DNA of 59,331 nucleotides, counting the filler, from Basidioascus undulatus (taxonomy: Eukaryota): the NCBI GenBank assembly GCA_000826855.1. It is 6 parts of 6 records of this genome, joined end to end, with 100 filler letters (N's around TTAATTAATTAA, not from the genome) between each part and the next. Parts side by side here need not be neighbours in the genome. Positions count along the whole stretch, not along the records: positions 19,912 to 29,741 come from JTLS01001207.1; positions 29,842 to 39,606 come from JTLS01001209.1; 4 more parts are not named here. One strand, given 5' to 3'. Both the position numbers and the translations under genes were made by a program. Each line of letters opens with the position of its first letter. The stretch's first letter is position 1. Under the pieces are notes generated by a model that was not told where the DNA came from, did no database searches, and saw only the letters and a program-made list of their open reading frames with translations. Below, one piece after another: positions 26,689-38,224 of this stretch.

Positions 26689-27854
26689 GGCGGATAGCGC
26701 GGAGGGTGGATTAAACGGAAAACAAGGGGAGAAGATGGAAGGGGATAGTGGTGGTATGAGGGCGAGGAAGGATCGAAAAGCGAAGGGAGAGATTGCGGTT
26801 GGGCGGCCCAGGATGAGGCGACTTCTCGCTTCCCCGCCTCGAAGGCACGCGCCGCCGCAGGGGCGCGTGCGTGGCCGTGCCATTTGCCGCGCCCCAGCAG
26901 GATCAGCTCATTTCTCCCAATTGTTGCCTTTCTTCTCTCTTGGGTTTCTTGCTCGTTTACTGCTGGGCATCGCCTCAGTGGACATCTTCGTCTGCTCTAT
27001 CACACCCTCCATACAGGCTGGCTGCGCCTCACCTGCAGACTGCAGGACAAAGTTAAAGAACTGAGACACTTGACGGCCTGTCAAAAGATCTACGACTTCA
27101 GTGAGTTTTCAGTGACAGCACCATGGGACGAATCGAGGAGGAATGTAGGAATGGAATGAGATGAGGGGTGCTTGTAAGCGTGTTCATATGCATCATGCCG
27201 TCCACGGCAACCTAGCAATCTTCGAAGTTTCCGCTGCATACAGGCGGTCCAAACGGGAGACCGAGACGGGTTGGAATCGCTCGAGAGGACTAGGAATTCA
27301 GGAGCGAGATACGGATGCGAATTGCATGTCCAGAATACTACGTCAGTACGCTCTGTCGTTCCTGGAGGAAGTGCCGAGCATACTCCCGGGACGAGCTCTC
27401 CTGACAGGTCCAGCGCATGCCGGGGGTGTGTGGAAGCCTGGCAAGCTAAGGAAGTGTATGATTGGAAAGTCGGACACAATAGTAACTTCTGGTGAGATTG
27501 AGATCCAGGGTTTGGGCTCAACTGCTCAGTTAGATATATGCGGTATTAGGGTCAAGCAGAAGATACTGTGCACCGGGCGAGCGACGTCGACGGTTTGAGA
27601 TTGGTGGTGTCACCCGAGATTGCGGGTTCCAGCAGTGTTCCAGCACCTTGCCAACACTGTCGGAGATCCAAGGAGAAAGGCTGTGGGAGTGCTGTGGCTG
27701 CTGTGAGCCTGTAAAGCGGCAACACGCGACGCCTCACCGCTTGCCTCATGGGCAAGATGAACCGCGTGGCGACAATAAAAGGAGTGCAGTCTCACCATTC
27801 ACTTTTTTTTTTCCCTCCACAACGAGTTCATCCAAAGCACCATCTATCTACACC

Positions 27855-28775
27855 ATGTCGGCCTCCCCACCGGACCCACCAGCCAAGCTCAACATGGCCC
27901 CGATCTACGCATTCAGCGTCGGTGTCTACCCCGTGCTGGTATGGACGCGCCTGGTCGTCTTCCACCAGCCCCAGTCCCGCGTCCTGCGGTCGGTCCTGGG
28001 GCCAGCGCTGGACGAGATATTTTGAAGCCCTGCTTACGAGGTACACCATACCCATACTTTTTGAATCTCGACGCTGTTCTGAAGTGTGCTTTCTTTTTCG
28101 CAGCCGTCCCCGCGTTTCTAGGAGCATGGGGCGTGCACTCCCTCACGGCTGAGGCTGTTTCGGCGGTGTTTCGCAAGTGGCTGCCCGAGGGTGGCCCGGA
28201 AAAGCACTGGGCGTCCTCCGCGTAGACCCTGGCGGGTTGGCACTCAGCTTCGGGCTAACGCTCGCGCTGCATGTTGCGCTCCAGCCGTTGGAAGTGCTTG
28301 CTGAACGGTAGGCTCACTAACCTATTTTGTTGAATAATGATAACTTCAAACTTATATGCATTGCACATGCGTCACCAGTCTCACCATCCTCTCCGGCTCC
28401 GCCCCACTTTCCGCTCTTCTCACGCCAGCAGAGCGAGCGCGGCACACCCTTCTCTACAAGCACGTGCTCCCCGCGCTCCTCCAGTCCATACTGCAGCTGC
28501 TCTCCTCCCTCGTACCCACGTGCAAGTCGTCGTCCGTCGCCCTCAAGGCCGTACGGGCGTTTCTCGCCGTCACCACTACCCGACTATACGCAGCCGATCG
28601 CTGCGCACGCAAGCGTGCCTATGCAGACCGACCGGAAGGTGTAGGGGGGGCGTGGCAGATCGCACGCGTTTTGATGGAGTCCGGAGAGGGATGGTGGATT
28701 GCGGGCTGGGTGACCTTGGTTTCGATCGCGGCGTCGGCGCTGCAGTGGCACTTCGATCTCAAAAGTGTGAAATGA
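27855..28775 (+). pseudogene. disrupted membrane-protein gene (weakly mitochondrial-carrier-like)
   Basis: Hydrophobic coding-like segments in three frames, interrupted by stops at about 28025 and 28225. Confidence 0.3.
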
Positions 28776-29057
28776 AACACTTGCTCCTCTCCATCTTGCA
28801 CCTCCTCTCACCCATACGCGTTATGTTGTAAAGACCTACGGGCGTGAGGTAGTGAACGTTTGGTGTGTGTGTTCCACAGTTTGAGAGAGATTTGTCGGTT
28901 GGAAGACTTGACTTCAAAGGAACAAATGATCACAAATTACGGGTTTCTGCATTTTCAGTCTCCGTTGTAGTGAGTAGATTCAATATTGCTTGCGAGATTA
29001 ACTCAAGCCGTGGCGAAACTTGGAATATGTTTGAAAACTAGCAGTCATCACTTTCAG

Positions 29058-29070
29058 TATTGCAGTGGTA
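29058..29070 (+). promoter_or_regulatory. putative external Pol III A-box in the leader of the permuted tRNA
   Basis: TATTGCAGTGGTA resembles the A-box TRGYnnARTGG and lies about 35 nt upstream of the B-box GGTTCGATCC (29092-29101). Confidence 0.5.
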
Positions 29071-29077
29071 CTTCGTA

Positions 29078-29150
29078 ATCAGGGGGTTGCAGGTTCGATC
29101 CCTGCGTCGGTCACGGCCGGCTGGCTCAATGGTAGAGTATCTGACTACGA
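29078..29150 (+). tRNA. circularly permuted tRNA-Arg(ACG): 3' half 29078-29113, 1-nt linker, 5' half 29115-29150
   Basis: The reassembled halves form a full 72-nt cloverleaf: acceptor GGCCGGC/GTCGGTC plus A73, D-arm GCTC-AATGGTA-GAGT, anticodon stem TCTGA/TCAGG with loop CT-ACG-A|A, variable GGGTT, T-arm GCAGG-TTCGATC-CCTGC. Confidence 0.9.
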
Positions 29151-29155
29151 TTTTT
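29151..29155 (+). terminator. RNA polymerase III oligo-T terminator
   Basis: TTTTT immediately follows position 37 of the downstream-located 5' half. Confidence 0.7.
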
Positions 29156-29370
29156 GTATCTTTGTTCATCTTTCTTGCGCATGGGACAACCAGCCACGAT
29201 TTGGTACCTATTGAGCGGCTCACACCAGCAGCGCCTGCGCTTTTACACATTCCCAAGAGATCGGCAATTGTTCGGCTCATGAATCGAACTGCATCTCAAC
29301 ACAGAGACCGAACATATTGCATTCATGCAAGGGACAGTCAAGAGGACCTGCGCAGCTGACGTATACATGC

Positions 29371-29741
29371 TCAACCTAGGTGTCGCTCACACCACCCCAA
29401 TCCCCTTGTCGTCCTCAGCGGTCCTCTCGTGCCAGTCCGAGTCCCTCTTGACGTCTTGGTATATGCGGGACCAGAGCGCCCCTTGAAGTCGCTCCTCCTC
29501 CAGCTAACAAGGACCAGCGCCACAAAAATGACTGGCCAAGACGCCACCAGAGTTCCAATAGTGACGGCCACAATCGCCAGGTGGTTGTTGCGAAGACGAA
29601 GGGGCCCAAGGCATGTCCAAGCGCCGGAGAGGGCAATGACAGTCCCAAAGACGACGAGGACAGCGGTGGGAAGATAGACGGGTCGCTGTCGGCGGTCGTG
29701 CTGGAGGGAAAGCGAGTGGTCGACGCGATGGGCAAGGCAGG
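29371..29741 (-). CDS. partial Ser/Thr-rich single-pass membrane protein (3' end)
   Basis: An S/T/P-rich segment is followed, in another frame, by hydrophobic VAVTIGTLVASWPVIFVALVLV and a basic tail. Confidence 0.3.
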
Positions 29742-29841
29742 NNNNNNNNNNNNNNNNNNNNNNNNNNNNNNNNNNNNNNNNNNNNTTAATTAATTAANNN
29801 NNNNNNNNNNNNNNNNNNNNNNNNNNNNNNNNNNNNNNNNN
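29742..29841. other. artificial contig linker
   Basis: N44-TTAATTAATTAA-N44. Confidence 0.99.
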
Positions 29842-30821
29842 TGGGCGCCGCGGACCCGGGGCGGAGGGGGGGCTCAGAGCCGTCCCCCCACGAGGAGCGG
29901 CGAGGGTGGGTGCGAGGTCCACGGGCATGGGCGGGGGGGCATCGACGGGAAATGAGGAGGATGGGGGATCTGGGGTTCTGTGTGGGGAAAGCGTTCGAGG
30001 AACGGCACAGTTGGAGATGTGTCGCTGTGGCTGCCTCTTCGCCGTGTCAATCAGCGCGCTCAATCAGTGCGGAGAATACAGAGCGCAGCGCACCTTGTGT
30101 GTCTCAGAGCTCAAAGCAATATCGTGGTAGTTGAAGAAAACAACTAGTCGCTGCGCTGGCACGTCCGTCTTCTCATCAGCCCACCGCTCACCTCGGCTCA
30201 CCGCCGACACCAGCAACCGACGAGTCCTTCGAGTCCTTCAGACGACACGGGTCGATATCGCGTGTCCTGACGTCACCTTTTCCGTTTCCCCCTCAGACTC
30301 ACCGTTCACATCCGCACGCTCGTCGTCGGCGCTGGTATGTTGGTGCAGGCCGTTAGAGAGGAGGAGGAGCAGGGGATGCGGGCCGCTTGAAGGCGGGCCG
30401 GCAAGACGTGTCCACCATCGCAAGCTCACGCGGGGCGGTCAGCTGAGCTTGCGATGCGATGATGGGTTTGAATCGACTGCGTCCGCCTGGCGGCGGTATT
30501 TCGTTCTTTGAGCATTCAGAGAAAGAATAATTTCTCCTGTGACCCGGATGTATTGATGAATGTCCATGGATCGAGTGTGTTGAGGAGTCACTTGGAAGTC
30601 AGCGGCGGAGCACTGAAGGGGAGGAACTTCGCCGGGACCGCCTCCTGCGGTTGCAGTCAGGGATGGAAGACGTCTTTCGGCGCCAAAGCAGCATGAGGAG
30701 CTCCACGTCTGAAGGAGATACGATGGACAGTCAACTTTCTTTATCCTGCCCTGCAGGAACGGCACGCATTCTGTTTTGTCGGGTGCGCTCCAGGGCCCAG
30801 TGTCGATACGAGCTTCAGAGC

Positions 30822-31397
30822 TAAGGCTCGAACTCATACTCATACTCATGCAATTTTGGTGTATGTTAAGGGTATTAGTATGAACTCATATTGATACTAT
30901 TATAATACTATGAGGTTTGTATGAGGTTTGGGCTTCAGTGTCAGTTTTGATCAATGTAGCATAGCAGCACCACCCCCCTGCAGGTCAGGTAGGACATCAG
31001 TGGAAATTTGTGTATGCCTGTAGGGAATCGACAGCGAAAACAGGCAGTCATTTTCAATGTACGCTTGTGCTTCTGATCAAGGTGGAACACAGCAGAATTC
31101 TGAAGAAGCCTGAGAAGTTGGTCCTGCTATGGGCTACAAACATGACTGGCAGAGAAGTACAGTACCACTCTACTGAAAACTTCTGCTGAAACCGGGTTTG
31201 AAAGTGAGAAATGCCCGAGGGGCTTCAAGAATCGATGCGCAGGTCCATCTGACAAATGAAACTCACACTCCAGCGCATACTATGAGCTTCAACCTCATTG
31301 TATGAGGCACTCCTCCCAGGTGTATGTATGAATATGAGAACCTATGAGGAGGTATGAGCATACTATGAGGTATGAATGAGATGAGGTTTGAGCCTTA
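30822..31397. mobile_element. non-autonomous hAT-like DNA transposon (MITE), 576 bp
   Basis: TIRs TAAGGCTCGAACTCAT and ATGAGGTTTGAGCCTTA. 8-bp target duplication TTCAGAGC (30814-30821) / CTCAGAGC (31398-31405). Many subterminal TATGAG/CTCATA repeats and no transposase ORF. Confidence 0.75.
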
Positions 31398-31511
31398 CTC
31401 AGAGCTATGATGGCTGATATAGACGACCGCTGCCTGATGCCGAATACCACACCAACCCAGTCCGCCTTCTCCGAGCAGCTGTTTATCCACAAAAATATCG
31501 ACCGCTTCCCC

Positions 31512-33000
31512 TCACTGAACATGCAAAACGACCTTCTTCGCGCTGACCCCCTTCTTCTGCAAGTCCAGCGCCTCCTGGAACTTCTCCAGCCCGCCCTCCA
31601 CAACGAGCGGGTCGGGCTTGGCCTTAAGCTGTTTCGCAGAGAGTGAGTGCGCTTTAAGTTGGTAGTCCGACGGGTGAGGGCGTCTACACGAACCTTTCCG
31701 TCGATGAGAGCGGGGCCGAGGAACTTTTGGAAGATCGCGTCGCCCAGGGAGCGCTCGTTGCGCGCGAGCTCGCCCGCGAAGACGCCGAAGGTCTTCACGT
31801 TGGAGGGGAGACCCTCAGGCGGGGGGAGACTGAGGATCGACAGGGAAGGAGCTAAGCACGCAGCACACATGGTGCATTCTGTAAGGAGTGTCTACCCACA
31901 CGAGCGCGATGGTACCTCCGCCCTTAGCAGAGACGACCTTAGCCGTGATCTCGACGGAGCCGTGCTCCGAGATAGCGTCGAATGCACCAACGAGCTCGCT
32001 GTCAGTAGGATGTGAGTGACCAAGCTCTTAAGATATCAAAGAACAGAGACGAGACGACCCACCTCCCCTTAACAGCGTTGATCAGCTTGTCCGCGACCTC
32101 CGGGTCCTTGTAGTCAAACAACGCCGCCGCACCGAGATCCTTCAACAGCGCGTGGTTCTGCGGGCTCGCAGTGGTGATAACGCGCAGGCCGAGCGTCTTG
32201 GCGACTGTCCAGTCCAGCTCGTCAAAGCGCTGAGTATACAGACAGGAGGGAAGAGACTCACGCTGAATCGTAGTCAGCCCGACCGACGACGCACCGCCCC
32301 AGACGAGGAGAGTCCGGTTCTTCTCGGCCTTGGAGGCAAGCGGGAGCGGCAGACCCAGACCGGAGAAGAGGCCGTGTGCGGCAGTCGCGAGCGCGAGGGG
32401 GAGGACAGACGCTTCAGCGAGGGAGAGGCTGTCCGGCAGGCGGACAACGTAAGGCGCTTCCTGAAAGGTAGTGCCCGGCCGAGGTCAGGAAGTGTGCTGC
32501 GACTGGAGTGGCGGTGGGAGTACGCACGACAAGGCTGTAAAGCTGGAAGGCGGCAGAGTCATTGTTGTCCGAAACACTGTCGGCGCCATAGCTGTCGAAA
32601 CACGCAGCGTGCTTTCAGCTCAGCACAGCAGAGAAGCAGAAGTGATTCAAGCGGACGTACGCAAGGACCCGGTCGCCCGCCTTGACGTGCTTCACGCCCT
32701 CACCGACTTCCACAACCTCGCCCGCGATGTCCGAGCCGATGATCGTGGGGTACTTGCTGATGAAGATGGGATACAGCTGCTGCTTCCAGCTGCGCACGGG
32801 CACCGGGCAATCGCACCCCGTCAGCCACGCCCCACGGTAGACTGAGCAGAACAGACGCACTCGACGGGGTTGATACCGACGTATTGAACACGGATGACGA
32901 CCTTGCCCGGCTCGGCCTTCCGCGCGGGCGCGTCGCCCACCTCGAGCGACTTGTTCAGGCCCGGGAGCCACGCTGCCTTGTTAGCGGTCGGGGAGGACAT
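31512..33000 (-). CDS. MDR enoyl-reductase-like zinc-binding oxidoreductase (ToxD/CipB-like)
   Basis: NKAAWL..GINPVD|WK, IGSDIAGEVVEVGEGV..GDRV, AFQLY, LVWGGASSVG, LGAAALFDYKD and C-terminal QKKGVSAKKVVLHVQ*. Confidence 0.9.
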
Positions 33001-35979
33001 TGTGGGTGTATCGAGGGCGTTGCAGGAGTGAGGGAGGATGTGCGTCTGGGTCGGGTAGGTGGGTGTTCAAGATCAACTGTGTTGCGAGAACTTATGGTGA
33101 GTGGGAACTTGGGGAGGAGGTCAAAGGAGGTCTGGCTTCTTCGCTGCTTTCGTCATCCAAGGCTCAGCGAGGCGACTCAGCCAGCCCGGTGGAGGCAGCC
33201 TCGCAGTCCGCGCACCTCGATTTCAGACTGTGCAGCCTGGTGCAGCGCCTGGTGCAGCGCTGAAATAACACTGAAGAGTCACTATTAGGTTTTTTTTGCC
33301 TCAGAAGTTTGTCGATGCCAATCGACTCAGGGTATAGACGTGGGATCTTTTATTGTTCGTGACCCTCAGCGACCAATTTGAGAATGCTGCGAGACAGTCC
33401 TATATGCTTGGGCTGCGGACATTCATAATATACTCTGTTCAAAATAATGTATCCGAATTGGGGGAAGAACACGGTGATCCCCGATGTTGGCTAGAAAGAC
33501 GAGAACATGATGATTGCTTTTCAATGCAGCACAACCTCATACAGCTGTCTTTTCTTGTCTCGTTGTCCGAATATAGATGTTACACATTTTGCGTATCCTT
33601 GAATCCTTGAGAGCCAAAGTTTCTCGGGATGTCGTTTTACAAGCCATGTAGCAGTGTCTGCTGAAACCCGATGCAGTCACCACCACCCAATGCGAGACAT
33701 TGTCCGATCGTACAGCTTCTCTACCACTTTGTAGCTTTGAGAGTACAGGAAATCGGTATGCGTTCTTTACAACTTCCCTCTTGTGCTCCGCGTCGGCCTG
33801 ACGGTGGAAATGTCGAACACACTGGTGATCCTGGGTTCCGGCCAAGCTGAAATCAATGTAGTGCAGAAAGCATCCTGAAGCACCATCAGGTTAAAATGCT
33901 CTGTCTAACGCACTTTCGTCCACTGTTCACCTTCGGTTCACCTTGGCTGCAATGCCAAGCTTCGCTGTAGTCTAAACCCGCTTCCTTGAACTTGGGCTGC
34001 CTAGCTGTCAACCTCCTGGGAGTACTATATCTTGATTAGTGACAAATTTGGAGTAATTATCACCAAATGTACTCCGCCAAGCTATTCAAGCTGTAGTATG
34101 CTTGAGCGTGGGGCCCGGCTTGAAACATCCACGCGACTTTGATAGCACTGCGAACTTGACTATCCGCTTCCCTCAGAAGGGTACAAAGTGTACAGAAAGG
34201 GGAAAGCTCAATACAGTATCAATTTTCAGAGTGTGTGATCGCAGCGTACCGCGACAGCAGGTTGTAATCGTTGCGTTGAGCTATGTCATGTTGGCACGAT
34301 TGGCAGCTGACATTCTGCAGGACGTGCAATGCTTCCCAGGTAGTCTTCCGCAGCGCTTTATGCTCATGGCTTGCTCGAAACTGGTCTACTATAAACATTG
34401 TGCCGTTCCAACTTCACCCAACCCATTGTTCTTAGCGACTTGTCGCTCACGGAGCTCCTGCACGGTATACACTTCGCCGCCGCATGACTGCACTCGACTG
34501 GATGCTCGGCTTGGGCGCTCATTCCAGTCCATGTTGGTTCAGTTTTGACCCCGAAATTCTACGATACGATTGCCCTTGACCCCTGGATGTGGACAACCCT
34601 CTCTGAGAGCACGGGCTGCAGCTCGGAGGGTTCAAGCTAAACGGCCGCCCCTGGCGCCCAAACCTTATCTCATTATCTGGGCGTGGGTGCCATGCATGTC
34701 TCTTTCTCGACACAGGCTGTAAAGTCGATAGAAAATTCTTTGTGTACATTGCTATACAGTACATGCGCTACGTTATGATCAGGTGAGCGTGCGTGCGATC
34801 GAGTGTTCTGTGTGAGCATTCCGGTGCGCAGGTGCTATGTAGATTGCAGCTTTTCGAATCGCTGCGGCGTTGTGATGTATGCTCCCTTCCTACAGTGCAG
34901 CTTTTCACAGGGCATTGATTCTAAATGGTATCGTCGTGTCGCTTGGGTTCTATAGGACAAAGCCGCTGTTGCGCCTTTCAAATCCAAGCCCCCAACCTCA
35001 CAAAGAAGCGTCGATAGAACGGTGGTCTTTCGAGGGCCTTTCAGGGCGGTCACGTCTGATCGAGAATGCACGGGCACTCAACCCAAGTTATGACCTTCGA
35101 GGCGCTCTTGCAAAAAACGCGCCCCAAGCGCTGCAAAGCTCGCATGCATCAGAGTTGCCCGCTAACACACCCTTTCTCGGGAAACCTGTTCTGCCCGCTC
35201 CTTGCCGTGCGCAACCCGGTGCAACGAGCTCCTCGTTTGGCTTACTCGCGAACTACTACTCGGACGTCTACTTGCTCTCCTTCGCTCTTACCCTCTCCGA
35301 CTCCTCACCAGGATCCCAGCTGTCGCCGGTCGCGGCGTCGCACGCTCTCATTGATCCTCTTTCTCCTCCGCGCCGTCCCTTGAGCTGCCCCTTCTGTCAA
35401 AGCGTTCATTATGCCTAGTCGGTCCTCACACTACGACGATAGTTCCCTCCAATGGATTGAAGACCATCGGGAGGGCTACCTCGGCCCTTACATGCTCTCG
35501 ATGACCTTTCACATTCTTCTGATGGTGCGTCCGAGGCTCAGCATGTTGTATCTGTGCGGAGAGTGATGTATTTGCGGAGAGTGAATAGGGCACGCTGGGA
35601 GCACAATGCTGGGACTACTAGTGAGTTGCATGCTCGGCAACGGGGCCCTAGCGGACCGAAATTGGCCTGGAGGTTAACCTGCGCTGTGGACGATCAGTCG
35701 CTTCTTCCCGAACGATAGGTACGCATTCAGCTACTTTCGAAATAGCATACACCTGTCCTGATCCCAGTGTTGATGTCTAGATGGCAATACAAAACGCTAG
35801 TCACGTTTCTGCTAATCTCAGGCATCTGGCAGGTTAGTTCAATGCCCATCACTAGGCGGCACAGACACTGATTGACTGAGGAACGAGTCCTCTACAGTCC
35901 CTTTGTTCTTTGTAGGAAATTACTATGACCAACTCTGTTTGTAACGGGCACTTACTCTTCGGTACAGCGAACTGCTCTA

Positions 35980-37700
35980 TTACCCATTCGTTTCGCATTA
36001 CGGTGACTTGAACGGCTGGTGCGCCATTTGCCGATGCAGTGACCTTTTTGCCAGAGTGCTCAACATCTTATACAGGAATATCACCCGCTGGAGTTGGTGG
36101 CAAGAGCCGCCCAGTACCAGCCTGATCGCCGCCGTCTGCCAGGCACGCTACCGACTTTGTCCTGTTCAGGCCCATCCTGCGGTGGTAATTGACTGCGAGA
36201 TGATCTCCAGAGCTTCTTCCTTCACCGTTGCTGGTCGGTTACCAAGAACTGGTACATGCTTATCGTCAGCATTCTCATGATTGCAACGGCAAGTACGGGT
36301 GTCCTGGAGTCACAAGCAAAACATGCTGCTGACGTCTTTGGATGCGCAGTCATTTGCGTCTGGTATTGCTGTGGGTGTCGGTGTCGTGCAGGTCAAGACC
36401 TTCGCGGGGCACGCTCTGCCTCCCGTCCATGTACGTTGAGTTTTCGGGTCGAATCTCCAATCACTCAGACCTGACCATGTCTCCGTCCAGACACCTGTAT
36501 ACCCCTGGCTCGCCGCTGCGACCGTTGTCGACGTCATCATTGCCGTCGTGTTGGTATGTCTTTGGATCCGGCACATCTGGTTGAAAGAAACAGCAGATTG
36601 ACTATGTCTCACAGGTCATGCATCTCCGCAAAAGCTCGACCGGTTTTCATTCCACCGATGCTGTGAGCACGCCCTGGCTGTCGCCCCTCCCTCCGTGGCT
36701 CCACATTAAGCCCGACGGGAATTGTAGATTCTTCAACAACTCCTGAAGCTTACCATGGAGACGAGTGGCGGTGCGTACATCATGCATCGAGGCGCGATGT
36801 CGCTCGCTCATTTGACGAACTTCTACAGTCAGTGCCCTGATCGTGACTGTTAAGTGAGAGCAGACGCGCATCTTTTCCATAAACTAATAGCATACTGAAC
36901 CGAGGGTCTCCCCAGCTTGATCATCTTCGCTCTCAACTCCGATAAGGACACCGCATACATGCCGTTCCAGGTCATTGTCGGCAAGGTCAGGCTCATCTGT
37001 CTGCTGCAACTATTCGCCCTGCATGCAGCTGACCGTGGGACTTCATAGGTCTACTCTAACACTGTGCTGGTACGGAATCCTAGTTATTTACGGGAGATCT
37101 CACCAGGCCTCACTGCTGTCTACAGTACACCCTGCTGTCCCGCATCGACCTTCGGCAAATCGTCGCAAGGGCCAACGCTCAGGTCGGTTTGATTGACCCT
37201 TACCAGAACATTCAAAGTTTCAAAGCTCACGGCGACTTTGTTTACACAGACCACCTCGGGCCTCGACACCAGGCGAGGCGACCGGGTGCGTACGGTCCAT
37301 CTTCGACAGCATGTTCCTGTAAGCTGACAGGTTGACATCCAACTAGTGGGGAGGAGGCGACACCAACATGTCCGTGTTTACGCGTGGCGGTATCCAAATC
37401 CACACCACGACCGTCGTCGAACAGAAGGAAGAGGGTGTCGCGGGGGAGAACGACAAGGCGGCTGTGGCGCCTTTCGAATTCGTGCGTCGCATCGCCGCTC
37501 CTCTCCCCAACCCTTACCATCTGACGGACCTCTGTTGACGGACCTCTGTGCATAGAACCAAGTCGGAGCGGTCGTCACCGCCGAGCCCCGTCGTATGTCC
37601 TGGGACGACGACGCAAGCACTGCGGCCCTGCGCCGGCGGGACGTGCTCGTCGAACAAGTTTGATTTCCTTCTCCTTCTCTTTCCTGCATACCCTTTCTGT
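35980..37700 (+). CDS. basidiomycete multi-pass membrane protein (DUF6534-like); boundaries approximate
   Basis: Spliced PWLAAATVVDVIIAVVL..HLRKSSTGFHSTD..ILQQLLKLTMET..MPFQVIVGK|VYSNTVL. Confidence 0.6.
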
Positions 37701-38224
37701 TTCCTCTCGGGTTCCCTACGTCCGGTACCACACTCTCCTTTGTGCTTCTACTGAATTGAATATCGACGACGCACCCGCAAAGAATGCAAGCCGTGTGAGA
37801 TTAATCAGCAAGCGCACGCAGTACCCTCCTCGATCCTCCTCGCGACCTCGGCAGGAGCGGCCAGCTCGTGTTTGCTTGTCAGAGGCCGGGGGGGAAGAGC
37901 AGAATATTCAGACACCAGAGCGGATACCGAAATCCAAGCATCTGCCTTCTCAGACTTCGTCGCGCTCTTGAAGCTGACAGTCACACAAAATGGATCCAGA
38001 AACGATCGATAGCGCGAAGAGAAGGCGACAAAGAGGTACGGTGATGTCCGGGCGTGCCTGTTACGATGATGGAAAGAGTATGGTATAATGCGTGCCAAGA
38101 AAGAAAGAAGAACGGGAATGGGAGGGGTGGAGAATTTGGATGAGGAACAGGGAATGAGCGACGACGGGAGTTTCCATGCTGAAGCGATGCAAATGAGAAA
38201 GAAAGAGAAACTATGGAGATAATC

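Noticed and set aside
29060..29359. 99-aa ORF overlapping the permuted tRNA
   Set aside because: Non-ATG start and no coding features. The tRNA structure explains the sequence.
21116..33000. Possible biosynthetic cluster (HMG-CoA synthase, glycosidase, enoyl-reductase)
   Set aside because: ERG13 looks like the housekeeping enzyme, the reductase is on a different contig, and no backbone enzyme is present.
33230..33262. Short tandem duplication GCCTGGTGCAGC; similar ones near 35550 and at 46141/46476
   Set aside because: Only two copies with no spacers. Ordinary slippage, not CRISPR-like.
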